Of a DNA stretch of 64,000 nucleotides, positions 53,027 through 64,000 are shown piece by piece. The notes under the pieces are model-generated. The model made no database searches, was not told the origin of the DNA, and was given only the letters and a program-made list of their open reading frames with translations. The stretch is from Octopus sinensis. Taxonomy: Eukaryota. Position numbers and translations under genes: made by a program. The number at the start of each line of letters is the position of its first letter. Positions within the stretch are counted from its first letter, which is position 1. The stretch is taken from assembly GCF_006345805.1 (NCBI RefSeq), contig NC_043008.1, positions 26,908,001 through 26,972,000 of the forward strand, written 5' to 3'.

Positions 53027-54591
53027 CAGTGGGGGGAAATAAATATTCGTAAATGTCAAAATTCGTTATTTATTTAATTTCTAATGAACATAAATGGGAT
53101 ATACCAATACTATATTTGCATACACATGCATAAACTAAGAATATGCCAAAAAAATTAATAAATTATAGTAACTAAGGAATTTATATTCAATTATAAATAT
53201 TTAGGGGTGAAAAAAGTATTCATACAGAACATAAATAACTGATAATTCTGATTTAATACTTCGTAGCATAACCATTATTCAGTTCCACTTCAACCAATCT
53301 CTTCTTGTAGTTCTTAATCAATGACTCGCATGTTTCTTTAGAAATTTTTCCCATTCTTCTTGACAAATTTTCTTCAAACCTGCAATGTACGTTGGAGCTC
53401 TTGAATGAATTTTAATTTTCAAATAATGTCACAAATTTTCAATGGGGTTCAAGTCAGGTGACTGGCTTGGCCATTCTAATAATTTTATATTGTGATCGAT
53501 TATCCATTTTTTGGTAGACTTCGCCGTGTGCTTAGGATCGTTATCCTGTTGTAAAACCCACCCTTCACAAAGCTGAAGCTTTTCAACAGAGTCCCATAAA
53601 TTGTTGTTCAAAATATTTTGGTACATCTCTGCCTTCATTCTACCAGCTATCACATGTAAATTGCCAGTACCATTTGCAGAGAAACACCCCCACATCATGA
53701 TGTTGCCACCTCCAAACTTTACAGTAGGAATTGAGTTTTTCGGTGAATAGGCGGTACCATCTTTCCTCCAAACATGGCTACGCGAATTTCGTCCAAACAA
53801 TTCAATTTTCGACTCGTCTGTCCATAGAACATTTTCCCAGGATGTATCAGATTTATCTTTATGTTCATAAACAAATTTAAACGGGCATCTCTATGCCTTT
53901 TAGTCAACAGCAGAGTTTTTTTTAGGAGAGCCTGATTTCAGTTCATTCCTATGAAGTTCATTGCTGATTGTTCGTTGTGTAACACTAGTCTCTGAAGCTA
54001 ACAAATCTTCTTGCAACTCCTTTCTGGTGATCATTGTGTTTTTTTCTGATTCTTTGCTTCATTTTTGTTAAAGATCTAGGGGAAATCTTGCGTGTTGCAC
54101 CGGATCTTATTCTGTTTTTAACAGCTCCCGATTTTTTATATATATTTGAATAAATGAAGACATGGTAGAAAATGGAATACAAAGGGTCTCTGATATTTTC
54201 CTGTAACTTTTACCTATTTTCCACTGTTCAATAATTAAGTTTTTCACTGAATTTGTGAGTTCTTTACTTTTCGCCATTCTCAATGCTGAATTTTGACACT
54301 TAAAAATGACAACTGATAAGATTATTGGAACAAACAAGAAACTTCTAATAAAAAAAATTATTTTAACAGCATTTTGTGGCATAAAAAATGATAAATCTAT
54401 TCTTTACGAATACTTTTTTCACCCCTAGATATTTATAATTGTATATAAACTTATTAGTTACTATAATTTATTAGTTTTTTTGCATATTCTTAGTTTGTGG
54501 ATGTGTATGCAAATATAGTATTGGTATATCACATTTAGAAATTAAATAAATAAAGAATTTTGACATGTACGAATATTTATTTCCCCCACTG
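53027..54591 (-). mobile_element. Tc1-family DNA transposon with ~195-bp IR/DR-type TIRs
   Basis: CAGTGGGGG(G)AAATAAATATTC at both ends; TA at 53025-26 and 54592-93; inner DR-like GGGGTGAAAAAAGTATTC; 1565 bp. Confidence 0.95.
53253..54277 (-). pseudogene. Tc1 transposase, DD34E, frameshifted
   Basis: MAKSKEL...KSYRKIS (HTH); [11 protein letters not shown]; QQDNDPKH; [10 protein letters not shown] (34 residues between D and E); ends NGYATKY*. Confidence 0.92.
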
Positions 54592-54769
54592 TAAGTAATG
54601 CTATTACTTGAGAAATGTTTTACGCACTTTTGGCACATTTAGCTCATATAATAACTTTTTACATTTTGAATATTTAAAAAAAATATTGTTGCCACAATAC
54701 CCGTCTTTTTGAATTCTATCATATGCGCTAAATAAATAAAAACAAAACTCTTACACAAATACAAAAGGC

Positions 54770-55855
54770 TTAGGTTTTGAATTCACTTTTAAGCGTTACA
54801 ACTGTTTCCGGTATATTTGGCTCCAGAAATTTTTTTATTTTTATTTTTTTTTTATATAATTAGCATAATGGGATTCCTGTAGTCGAGATCTATCAGAAAA
54901 GTTAAACTTAAATATAGTTTTCTTTTGAAAGAATAATATTTAGAGACCGAGTTGATTTCAGGCGTTAATATTTTGTTCACTGGTTTTTACCTCAGTACTT
55001 TTTTCTACTGAATAATTTTTGCATATAACTAACGCCTGGATTTCAGGCGTTATTCTCCCGTTTGTGACATCACATATTTGACTCAAACTTTTTCTCTACT
55101 GAACCAACTTTCAAATTTTTAACTCCAAATGTAGCTTATGATCTGGCCAATCTAAAAATGTAAACATCATCTAATTTGATTAACAACTGAGTTAGTGACA
55201 AAGCCTAGAAATGATCGTGAGTGAGTAAATGTTGACCTTACCGTGTTTCAATGAAATTTTTCGAAAAGATTGGCACCACGCACTCGTCTTGATGATTTCT
55301 TTCACAGGAGGTATAAATTCAGGTTTTGAATTTGATTTTTAAACGTTATCGCTTTTTTCGGCAGTAGTTTCTTTTTTATCAAAACAATTTTTGTGATATA
55401 ATTGGCATCATCGGATTTCTCTTGTGGAGATCTATCAGAAAAGTTGAATTTAAATATAGTTTTCTTTTGAAATGGGAATAATGAGAATAATTTTCTTCTT
55501 ATTTTCGCCGGTTTTTACTTCAGTACTTTTTTCTACTGAATATGTTTACATATAAGTAACATGAGCAGATTCCACTCCCCAAGAGATATAAATAAGCCAA
55601 AATAAAATATAGCTTTCCTTAAAAAAGGATATTTGGCTTAAGTTGATTTTAGGCGTTACTCTACCGTTTTTGACTTCACATATTTTACTGAAAGATTTTT
55701 TTCTACAAAAGCAATTTTCAAATTTTGTAGCTGAAAATACTAGCTTATGATATGACCAATCTAAAAATGCAAGCATAATCTAATTTAGTTAAAAATTGAG
55801 TTAGTGACAAGGCCTACAAATGGTCACGAGTGAGTAAATGTTGACCTTAAGAATA
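54770..55855. repeat. Two diverged tandem copies of a ~500-600 bp unit; partial third copy at 49790-49995
   Basis: Shared GAGATCTATCAGAAAAGTT...TAGTTTTCTTTTGAAA and GTTAGTGACAA.GCCTA.AA.TG.TC..GAGTGAGTAAATGTTGACCTTA. Confidence 0.8.
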
Positions 55856-55946
55856 TGTGTCCATGACCCCCACCCATCCACCTATCCATACATTTATATC
55901 CCTACACACATTTATACCCATACATACGTTTATACCAATAACAATT

Positions 55947-56305
55947 GGGGCATGTTTTGTAAGTAAATTCCTGTCAGTCTAGATAAGCCTAGATTTTCTG
56001 AGAAAGAAGTCAACCAACTGATTTGCGCATCACTAATACAACCTGTATGTGGAACAGTAAAACTATGCAGGACGTTTTACAAGTTTTAAATGTGCTGCTG
56101 TTTTTTGTCTATATTCCAACGATGGAGCATGTTTCGTAAGTAAATGCCTGTCAGACTGGATAAGCTTGGATTTTCAGAAAAAGACATCAGCCAATTCGCA
56201 CATTACAAATACAATCTTTAAGTGGAATCGTAAAATTTGCAATACTTTCCCCAGGTGTAAAAAGTTTCATTGTTTTCAATATCTATAATCTAACGATGGA
56301 GATTT
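55947..56305. repeat. Diverged tandem duplication, ~177-bp unit
   Basis: GCATGTTT.GTAAGTAAAT.CCTGTCAG.CT.GATAAGC at 55950 and 56127; AACGATGGAG at 56118 and 56292. Confidence 0.8.
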
Positions 56306-56429
56306 GTATCTCTTAGAAACGAGCTTCTTCAACAGAAGAATTTAAATAATTACAAACAGAAAAGAACATACATAGATGCATGCAAGCATACAGGCCGTTG
56401 CAAAAATAATACAATCACAGTAGAACAAG

Positions 56430-57025
56430 TGACTGGGAAGAAGGGAGTTTGAAGATGTGCTGAGCAGTTGGTAAGCAAAACTGTAATGTCAGAGATGGGT
56501 TCAACGTGACTGGTCTATATGAAAGCCTTTGACTCTATCCCTTTACTCATGGATGCTAGAATCCTTTGACAAGTTAAAATTTCAGTGAATATAGTCAAAG
56601 CCATAGTTTACCTGATTACATTGTGGGCCACCATCTTGAAGTTAAATGCAAGGACTGATTGTATTATCATTGATAAAATACAGTATCACAGAGGTATAAT
56701 CCAAGGAGGCAGCCTCTTCGTAAACCTCTTGAAGAATTCTGAATAGTGTCTCATTCATTCAGAGGGCGACAGAAATATTAGAGTTACACACTGATTCTTT
56801 GTGGATGACTTGAAGCTGTGAGTCTAGAATATGCATGAGATAAAATTGAGCTCTGACTTGGTTACAACATTCTCAAAGGATAAAGGGTTGGAGTTTGGTG
56901 AGGGTAAATGTTCGTATATGGTGATGGAACAAAGACAAACTGTAAACCAGACTAGCAGGATCTCCATCAATAATTTAACTGTTTCTCCTATATCTGATGA
57001 GGACCGTTACAGATATATAGGGTGA
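56430..57025 (+). mobile_element. R4/Dong-like non-LTR retrotransposon RT remnant
   Basis: MKAFDSIP, HRGIIQGGSL, FFVDDLKL, TTFSKDKGLEFGEGKC, YRYIG; motif style matches R4-clade RTs; decayed. Confidence 0.7.
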
Positions 57026-57574
57026 TGGAAAAATAAACAAACTTTAGGTCAGGTTCACTCTGGTGCTTTTGCACCTTTTTTTTTTTTTACATAAATTGAG
57101 AATCTTTTCTCCACAGCAGATTGCTGTGTAATAGCCTTTACAAGTTAAAATATGTCCCAGACAGTTGAACTGAGCTAAAGTTATACATGTATATGTATAT
57201 ATACTTACAAGCGTCAAATTAAATACACAGCTGTAAGAACTAATGCTATTATGATACTTGAACAGGCATATTTATAAAATGCGCCACGTATCTTAAAGCA
57301 ATCTGTCAGGCTCTGTTTATGTGTTATATGTAATTTTTAAAAACATGGGCGATGGACAATATGAAAATATAAGAAAAAATGTGGAAAAAAGTGTCGGTAC
57401 AAAAAATGGTACGAGAAAAAAAGAAATAAAATCAAGAACTACGATCTTGTCCTCCCTAAATGCAGAAAGCCCATTAAATACAACTGGTTTAGGAAAAAAT
57501 AACAGATGTGTCCAAATCTGCGAGACAGCACCTCAATTGTGAGCGGTTGGTGTCCTCCAATTCAATAAAAGAAA

Positions 57575-58530
57575 CCTGTCTATGTGTCTACACCTGCTAA
57601 AATTTCAAATCTCAAATTAGGTAATGTGTTGGAACAGCTGGATCGAATAAGAATATGAGATCTTTCTACTATGCATAGGTAGCATTTCTTAGATCCATTA
57701 ACATATGGCTTGAATTTCTCCACTATCCCCCACTTAATTGCATATGGTGTGGAGCTCCTCTTCAAATTCCATATGTGACTAACCAAATTAGTTGCATTAC
57801 TTTTATCGATGTGACGGAAAGGAGATATGTAATTGGCATAATGTCTCTTTAATTCGCCGTCACGTAACCCGATGTAATTCTTTTCAATTGATTTGTTTTG
57901 GAGCATAGCTATAATTTCACATATGTTGGAGTTTATCATAATCACTTGGTCAAGTGTGAAAGCTTCGGCGTCTCGACAGTAACAACTGAGTGTGGTCTGT
58001 TGGTGATTTTTGCGAGTTATAATGTTCTTCGTATTGGTGCAGCTGCTGCACGATATTCTTATAGAACGTCATTTAAATATTTTCCTGTATTTATTATATA
58101 TTGGAACATATTTATCGAATAGATAAAGGCATTTCTTACCTGCCATAATCTTAACATTAAGGGAAAATGGAGGGGCGAGCCAAATCATTTTCCTAGGTCT
58201 AAATTTTGGTCTATTTTTATGATTCATACTTTTACTTAAAGAGTTATAATATATTTTATCATTGAAGCCTCTGTTAGCTAGGACATCATTATAGCCAGGG
58301 TATCATTATAGTGCTTATTACTAATGTTAGCTATAAAATTTTTAAAGACTATAGGGATTTTATAGGACTGTTTATGCATGTATAAGAGCCCATTTGCTTC
58401 ATGATACGGCTTATTAGAGCAGTAGTTTAAGTCTATGGAATCATCTAGAAAATCAGCTTTAGACAGATTAGTAGTAACATTGATTTTGAGGCTTAATTGA
58501 CTAAATATATCACTAAGATTTTTCCGAAAT
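57575..58530 (-). mobile_element. Penelope-like element 3' remnant (RT thumb plus GIY-YIG)
   Basis: ADFLDDSIDL...KPYH...; KNYIGL...T.LVSHIWNLK...IKWGIVEK.KPY.NGSKKCYLC...EIL. Confidence 0.85.
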
Positions 58531-58799
58531 TTATCAAGAATGTTACCATCACAGCCAACATCATGGGATGGGAACATCATGGGATCTCAGTGCATGCAGT
58601 ATCTGCACTGCTATACGATCACATCGATACATCAAACAACTCATACACACACACACATGTACATATGTATATATATATATATGTATATATGTATACATGT
58701 ACATATGTGTGTACATACATATACACACAGCCATGTGCACATAAACACAAACCCACGCACATGCAATCACAGATACATATTGTATGCATAAAGTTATAG

Positions 58800-59335
58800 C
58801 TTTTGGGTAAATGGTGCTGCATAAAAACCTTCTTATATGTATGTTGGACTTTGGCAGGAGTACTTACTGTCATCTCTTTTAATAATTTTCATGAACTGGA
58901 TTGACACGCGCTGCTGTTTTGGAAGTCGTTTTACAATCGGTTGGTGTAGGATTCGTTGGATAATATTTACTGACTTCATGCGAAGTATCTCTAGTATAAT
59001 GTTACTTGAGAAGGTATATAGCTTAGAGGTCAGGAAACCTCTCCAGTTTGAGCATCTATTTCTCTGCATTGAAAAGTCACAACTTTCGTACTACAAACAT
59101 GTAGTTAGAATGCTGCTGGAAATGACCGCAAGACAGATTCTTTAAGCCATACCAAGTGGTAGGAGAATCAAGGACAAATGAAAAAGAGATGGTTGGATAA
59201 TATCCATTGTCTCAGTCGGCCAATCTTCAGAATCTAGCAGGAAACTGGAATGATAGGATGTTAAGGATGAGGTACCTGAGGACTCTACACACCCACAACC
59301 CTCCCAGGAATAGTGGGTAGAGAAGATGGATGGAT
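58800..59335 (+). mobile_element. RTE-clade LINE fragment with a large internal deletion
   Basis: VGLWQEYLLSSLLIIFMNWID...IIFTD (RT B and C) joined directly to IEKSQLSYYKHVVRM...ARQIL...GRR; ends GATGGATGGAT. Confidence 0.7.
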
Positions 59336-59516
59336 AATATATTAGTGTAAATGCGTAAATGCATAAATTCTGTCAAGCTTAGTAATGGATTTAATAACAG
59401 AAGGCTAAGCCCTTTCAGATTATATATAAAGTGTAAATATAATATTGCCTTGCGTATTGAGTTTCATTTCATGCATTCCTAAAGTCAAAATCTCTCCTCT
59501 CTGTCTCTCCCCCACC

Positions 59517-59565
<49 letters not shown>

Positions 59566-59756
59566 AGGAGCGAAATACAAACACACACGTATATATACAC
59601 ACATATATATATACATACATATACATATGTATGTATATATATATATGTGCATATATATATGTATGTATATATATATATGTATAATATGTACATATGTATG
59701 TGTTGCCTATAAAGCTTTTGTTTCAAATTGCAATTCAGTTTTTGATTCATTATCCT

Positions 59757-59788
<32 letters not shown>

Positions 59789-60353
59789 TTTTTCTTTTTC
59801 ATTATTTCCCTCTGATATCTTATAGCTAAAAAAGGGTGAGAAATACATTCTATTTCATCCTTTTTCATCTGTGCTTCCTAAACACACTCAATTACTTTCA
59901 AACCAAGTCAACTTAGAATCTACGTTTGAACAGTGAAATATTTTCTTAGTTCATTTACAGTTTCTTCTACAAACATACAGAAAAAGCAGTTCGACTGTAC
60001 ATCCACCTAGTGAAACAAAACACAATCATAACTACATATATACATGTTTGAATGTATGTGTATATATATGTGTATATTTATATATGTATATACATATATA
60101 TTATATATATATGTGTGTGTATACATATGAGTATGTGAGCTTACATGCATATCTATCTACATATATATGTATATATGTGTGTGTAGTTATATATACGCAC
60201 ACGCATTCACACACACATACATTCATAACATACACACAAATAAATACATTTCTGTGTATTTGTGCGTATTGTCATGTAATTTATTTTTATTTTCTTTCTT
60301 TGCCTTTCTAAATGTACAAACTGCTTGCTATTTATTTTTCAAACGTTAAACAC

Positions 60354-60485
60354 CTTTCATATATGTGTTCTTCCTTCCTTTTTTGAATTTTTCTACTCTT
60401 CCCACGAATTGTTCTTGCCAGCAGAATGTAAATGAATTGCGTATTTTTAAATATTCAAATAGAGGCTGCATGCTGATTGCAACTA
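60354..60485 (-). CDS. Exon-like segment, open, phase 1-1 (VAISMQPLFEYLKIRNSFTFCWQEQFVGRVEKFKKGRKNTYMK)
   Basis: TTTTACTAG acceptor, AAG|GTGTTT donor, 132 bp without a stop; product not recognised. Confidence 0.4.
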
Positions 60486-60591
60486 CTAGTAAAATATTTT
60501 TTGGCATCTATTAAACTGTCTTAAGAAATAAAATGAATTCGAGCAATAACTCTCTCCTTCTCTTTATGTATTCATCCATCTCTCTCGCTTC

Positions 60592-60637
<46 letters not shown>

Positions 60638-60661
60638 CTCTTCACACACAAACAGGCATAT

Positions 60662-60716
60662 AAATGTTTTGAGTGCCTTTTTCCTTTGTTAGCCCACTCA
60701 TTCATGAATTCATACA

Positions 60717-60787
<71 letters not shown>

Positions 60788-60846
60788 ATGTGTGTGTGTG
60801 CATGAATGAGTGGGCAAGCAAAAGAAAAACGGCATTCAGCACATTT
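60662..60846. repeat. Short inverted repeat (60662-60706 vs 60801-60846) around (TA)n(TG)n
   Basis: AAATGTTTTGAGTGCC...GCCCACTCATTCATG vs CATGAATGAGTGGGC...GGCATTCAGCACATTT. Confidence 0.85.
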
Positions 60847-60923
60847 CGACAGAGTTGCATGTATTATTATTTAAAACAGTTTGATTCAGCTCCATGCTAC
60901 TTAAAGTCTTGTAGGTTTCTTAC

Positions 60924-60988
60924 AGACAACCTAGCACATTCAAGATCAGATGACCGAATGAAGAGAGATAAGAAATCTAGGATGGCTA
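60924..60988 (-). CDS. Exon-like segment, open (AILDFLSLFIRSSDLECARLS)
   Basis: GTTCAGTTTTCAG acceptor, TCT|GTAAGA donor, 65 bp with one open frame. Confidence 0.4.
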
Positions 60989-61504
60989 CTGAAAACTGAA
61001 CTGCTATTTGTCAAAGTGAGTGATATGATGTTTTAATGAGTTAGATCAGCATTTTGGTGATACTAACTGCATTAGCAAAAAAATATTGAACCATGTGGCT
61101 AGAAAGAAAGCTAGTGGCACTGTCATACATCAGGCGCCAGACACCACATCCATGCAATCATACATCTGGCACACACACTTATCGACCATGTTTCTGTTAG
61201 CTTTCAAGTACCTTCGAAGGCTAGCCAGAGATCGAGGTTCCACCCACTTCCTGTCCCGTTATGTGGTCCAAGAATTTCCTGCTAATATATCTGGTGTCTT
61301 TGAAATAGGGATTTCACTTCTAACTCCATGTAATCCACCTTGATGAATTGCAGCCCAGTTTCCAGTAATCATCTTGGATTTCCTGTATCTCCTCATTTGG
61401 TAATCTGAGCCTGAATGAGCTAGGCTTCTGTAAGAAACTTGCAGAATTTTAATTAGCATGGTGCCGAATCAATAACGATATTCTTTGATTCTTATACTTG
61501 TTTC

Positions 61505-61975
61505 AGTCATTTGACTGTGGCTATGCTGGAGCATTGCCTTGAGGGGTTTTAGTCAAAATGTCGGGGGAGGGGACAGTTGATTACATCAACCTCAGTGTCC
61601 ATCTGATACTTATTTTATCAACCCTGAAATAAAGAAAGACAAAGTCAACCTCGTCGAAATTTGAACTCAGAACATGAAAATGGAGGAAGAGCCACTAAGC
61701 ATTTACCCTGGCAGCTAGGCATCTTAAAAAAAGCAGTTATAATATTAATAATTCCAAGGAAGGCTAGCTGGCAGAATTGTTTGCACACCAGGCAAACTGC
61801 TTAGTGGTATTTGATCTGCTTTTACATTTTGAGTTCAAATTCTGCCGAAGTTGACCTTGCTTTTCATCCTTTCAGGATCAATAAAATTAGTACCAATTGA
61901 GCACTGGGGTCAATGTAATCGATCTAACCCCTCCCCGGAGTTGCTGGCCTTCTGCTTAAACTTGAAACCGTTATT
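61505..61975. mobile_element. Head-to-head pair of tRNA-headed SINEs (minus 61505-61730, plus 61757-61975)
   Basis: Reverse copy ...AATTTGAACTCAGAA... and forward copy GCTAGCTGGCAGAA...GAGTTCAAATTC...GGGGTCAATGTAATCGA. Confidence 0.75.
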
Positions 61976-64000
61976 AATATGTCCCAAATAAAAAAATAAT
62001 CTAAGTAGTTATTCACTGGATGATTAATAGCACATGTCCACAACCATGGAATCCATGAAAAAGTCATTTTCTGTCACCTTCTCCTGTTCAGAAGAAGTAT
62101 TTACTGTAATAATTGTAGACTATAAAAATAATTGATAATTATATAATAACCACAGTTGCTTTCAGAGAAGTACTGTGTAGTCACGGGATACTTACTGTGG
62201 TTAGCTGGAGTGTATAGTATTGAATTTCAAAAGCTTCCAGTAATAGTATAAACTACTGAATGTTTGATCTGTAAACTTGCCTTCTTTTAACTCACTAGTT
62301 GAGGCTATTTTGACTAGTTCAACGAATGGCATCATTAGTAGCTGCCATAATTACTAAAAGAGACAACACAAAATATATATTGGTTTTCACAGACAGAATA
62401 AAAGACATCTTGATATTGTTTTAGATTTAATAAGGAACAAGGGGAGTTTACGAGTCATTGCTTTCTTTATATTATATATATTTTCTGGAAAATAGTAATC
62501 TTTATTTTAATTTCATTGCTTCACTGAATGTTGGATATAAAAGGTGCTCATCAGCCATAATCAAATAATTGATACATTAGTATGTACAGTAATTGAAACA
62601 GATCAAAGGAACTAAACAAGGCAGACCAATTATAGCTTGTGTCTTTGATGCATCATTAACCAACAAATATCCCTTTGTATTTATCAGCAATGATATTTAA
62701 CAGAACAACAAACAGCTAACTGAAATTGTTGTATTTTTGTCCAGGAAAAACTGTGCAATGATACGTGTAGATGTATTATTTGTATACACCAGAGACTCAA
62801 AGCTATTACTACAAAGTTGTTTGCTCACATGAATATTATCTGCTTCCATATATAATACTTTTTTATGGGTCAACCATATTCATGAATTTGAGCTGAAAAT
62901 ATGACATTTGCTGAAACAATACTTATGGATAACCATCCTAAAATACATTTAGACATCATGCACTTCATTACAGTTTGAAAACGAGATTGAATTTTTAAAA
63001 GTCCACTAGTATTATTTCTACAAATGAGAAATTCACAAATATTTATCTTCATAGATGAAAATGTACAAAAGTCCACAAATACTTATTTCCACAAGCATTT
63101 ATAAAATCATCTTTAAAGGAATATTGAACAATTCATTTAATTTTGAATTATGAAAGCAAACTAACTGACTATGTATATATTTTTCACAGAAGGGTGAAAA
63201 TAATAAAATAAAATAAAATTTAAAATGCTTGTGTTTGATTATTAATTTTAACAAAGATTATCAATCAAATATAATCAACATTAACGATTGAAGGGAATAA
63301 TCAACAGAACTTGACTTTCTTATAGATAACATGTACGTATCAGAAATGAAATTGCTACAACTGATATTCAAAATCAAAGAGTGGAAGTTATTTCTCTAAA
63401 ATGTAGTTTGAACTTGTGGTATTTTCAAAAAGGTCAAGTTTTAAAATATTGCAGTAATGAGAGGAAAAAGAGTTTGTAAGTAAAATGTATGATTCCCATA
63501 AATACAAAAACAAATATATGAATATACAACTTCAACAGTTACAATTACGTAAACCAAAATCGTCTAGAAATTGTCATTACTACTTTACTAATGTAATAAC
63601 ACTTGACTTAAAGTTTTCCTTTCCTTACCTACTTTTACGACTATGACAGAAAGCTGTCAATTACAGATTTAGATGCTTTATATATATTGAATTTGTGTTT
63701 CATAGTTATCTATTGAAAACTTATGAATTTCAGTTTTAGAATATCAAAGATAGAATCAGAAGAACTAATACAACCTGGAGTTGATCCTGTTATTTAAATT
63801 TCCTCAGCTTATGATAAAGCGTGTTATGCCTATTTTAAAATAATTCCTTTTACACTTTTTTTTACACAGGTTCAATATCTTAAACTTTTGAGGGCATGAA
63901 GAAATAGGACATTATAATATTCATGACTATATTGAGGGAATTTGTGCCACAAATAAATCAGACTCAACTAGGAAATAAAACACTGACCCGACTATCAAGA

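Noticed and set aside
61212-61427. Idea that TAG/TGA stops in this exon-like segment are recoded to Trp by A-to-I editing
   Set aside because: Would need four edits in one frame, the true frame is ambiguous, and ordinary pseudogene decay is simpler.

Overview
AT-rich eukaryotic genomic DNA, densely packed with microsatellites and decayed transposons. The repeat make-up (tRNA-headed SINEs, (GAT)n-tailed RTE-related SINEs, many Penelope-like elements, long (TA)n/(CA)n tracts) resembles an octopus or other coleoid cephalopod genome; this is my inference and was not searched. There is no intact transposon ORF and no complete host gene. The window contains four Penelope-like element (PLE) remnants, one of them near-complete (RT plus GIY-YIG, 43.8-47.0 kb). 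It also holds an IR/DR-type Tc1, a full-length decayed mariner, a mariner fold-back, Helitron ends, fragments of RTE, CR1, Tx1 and R4 LINEs, Gypsy/LTR pieces and many SINEs. Host-gene signal is limited to a probable GPI-signal terminal exon (1794-1911, +) and a chain of minus-strand exon-like segments (60.0-63.8 kb). The most notable observations are (1) two well-formed hammerhead-ribozyme folds bracketing the main PLE, plus a degenerate third, and (2) an unusual number of local inverted duplications, most abutting (TA)n tracts or PLE termini, including a templated inverted insertion inside a PLE RT. Most SINE and remnant boundaries are approximate.
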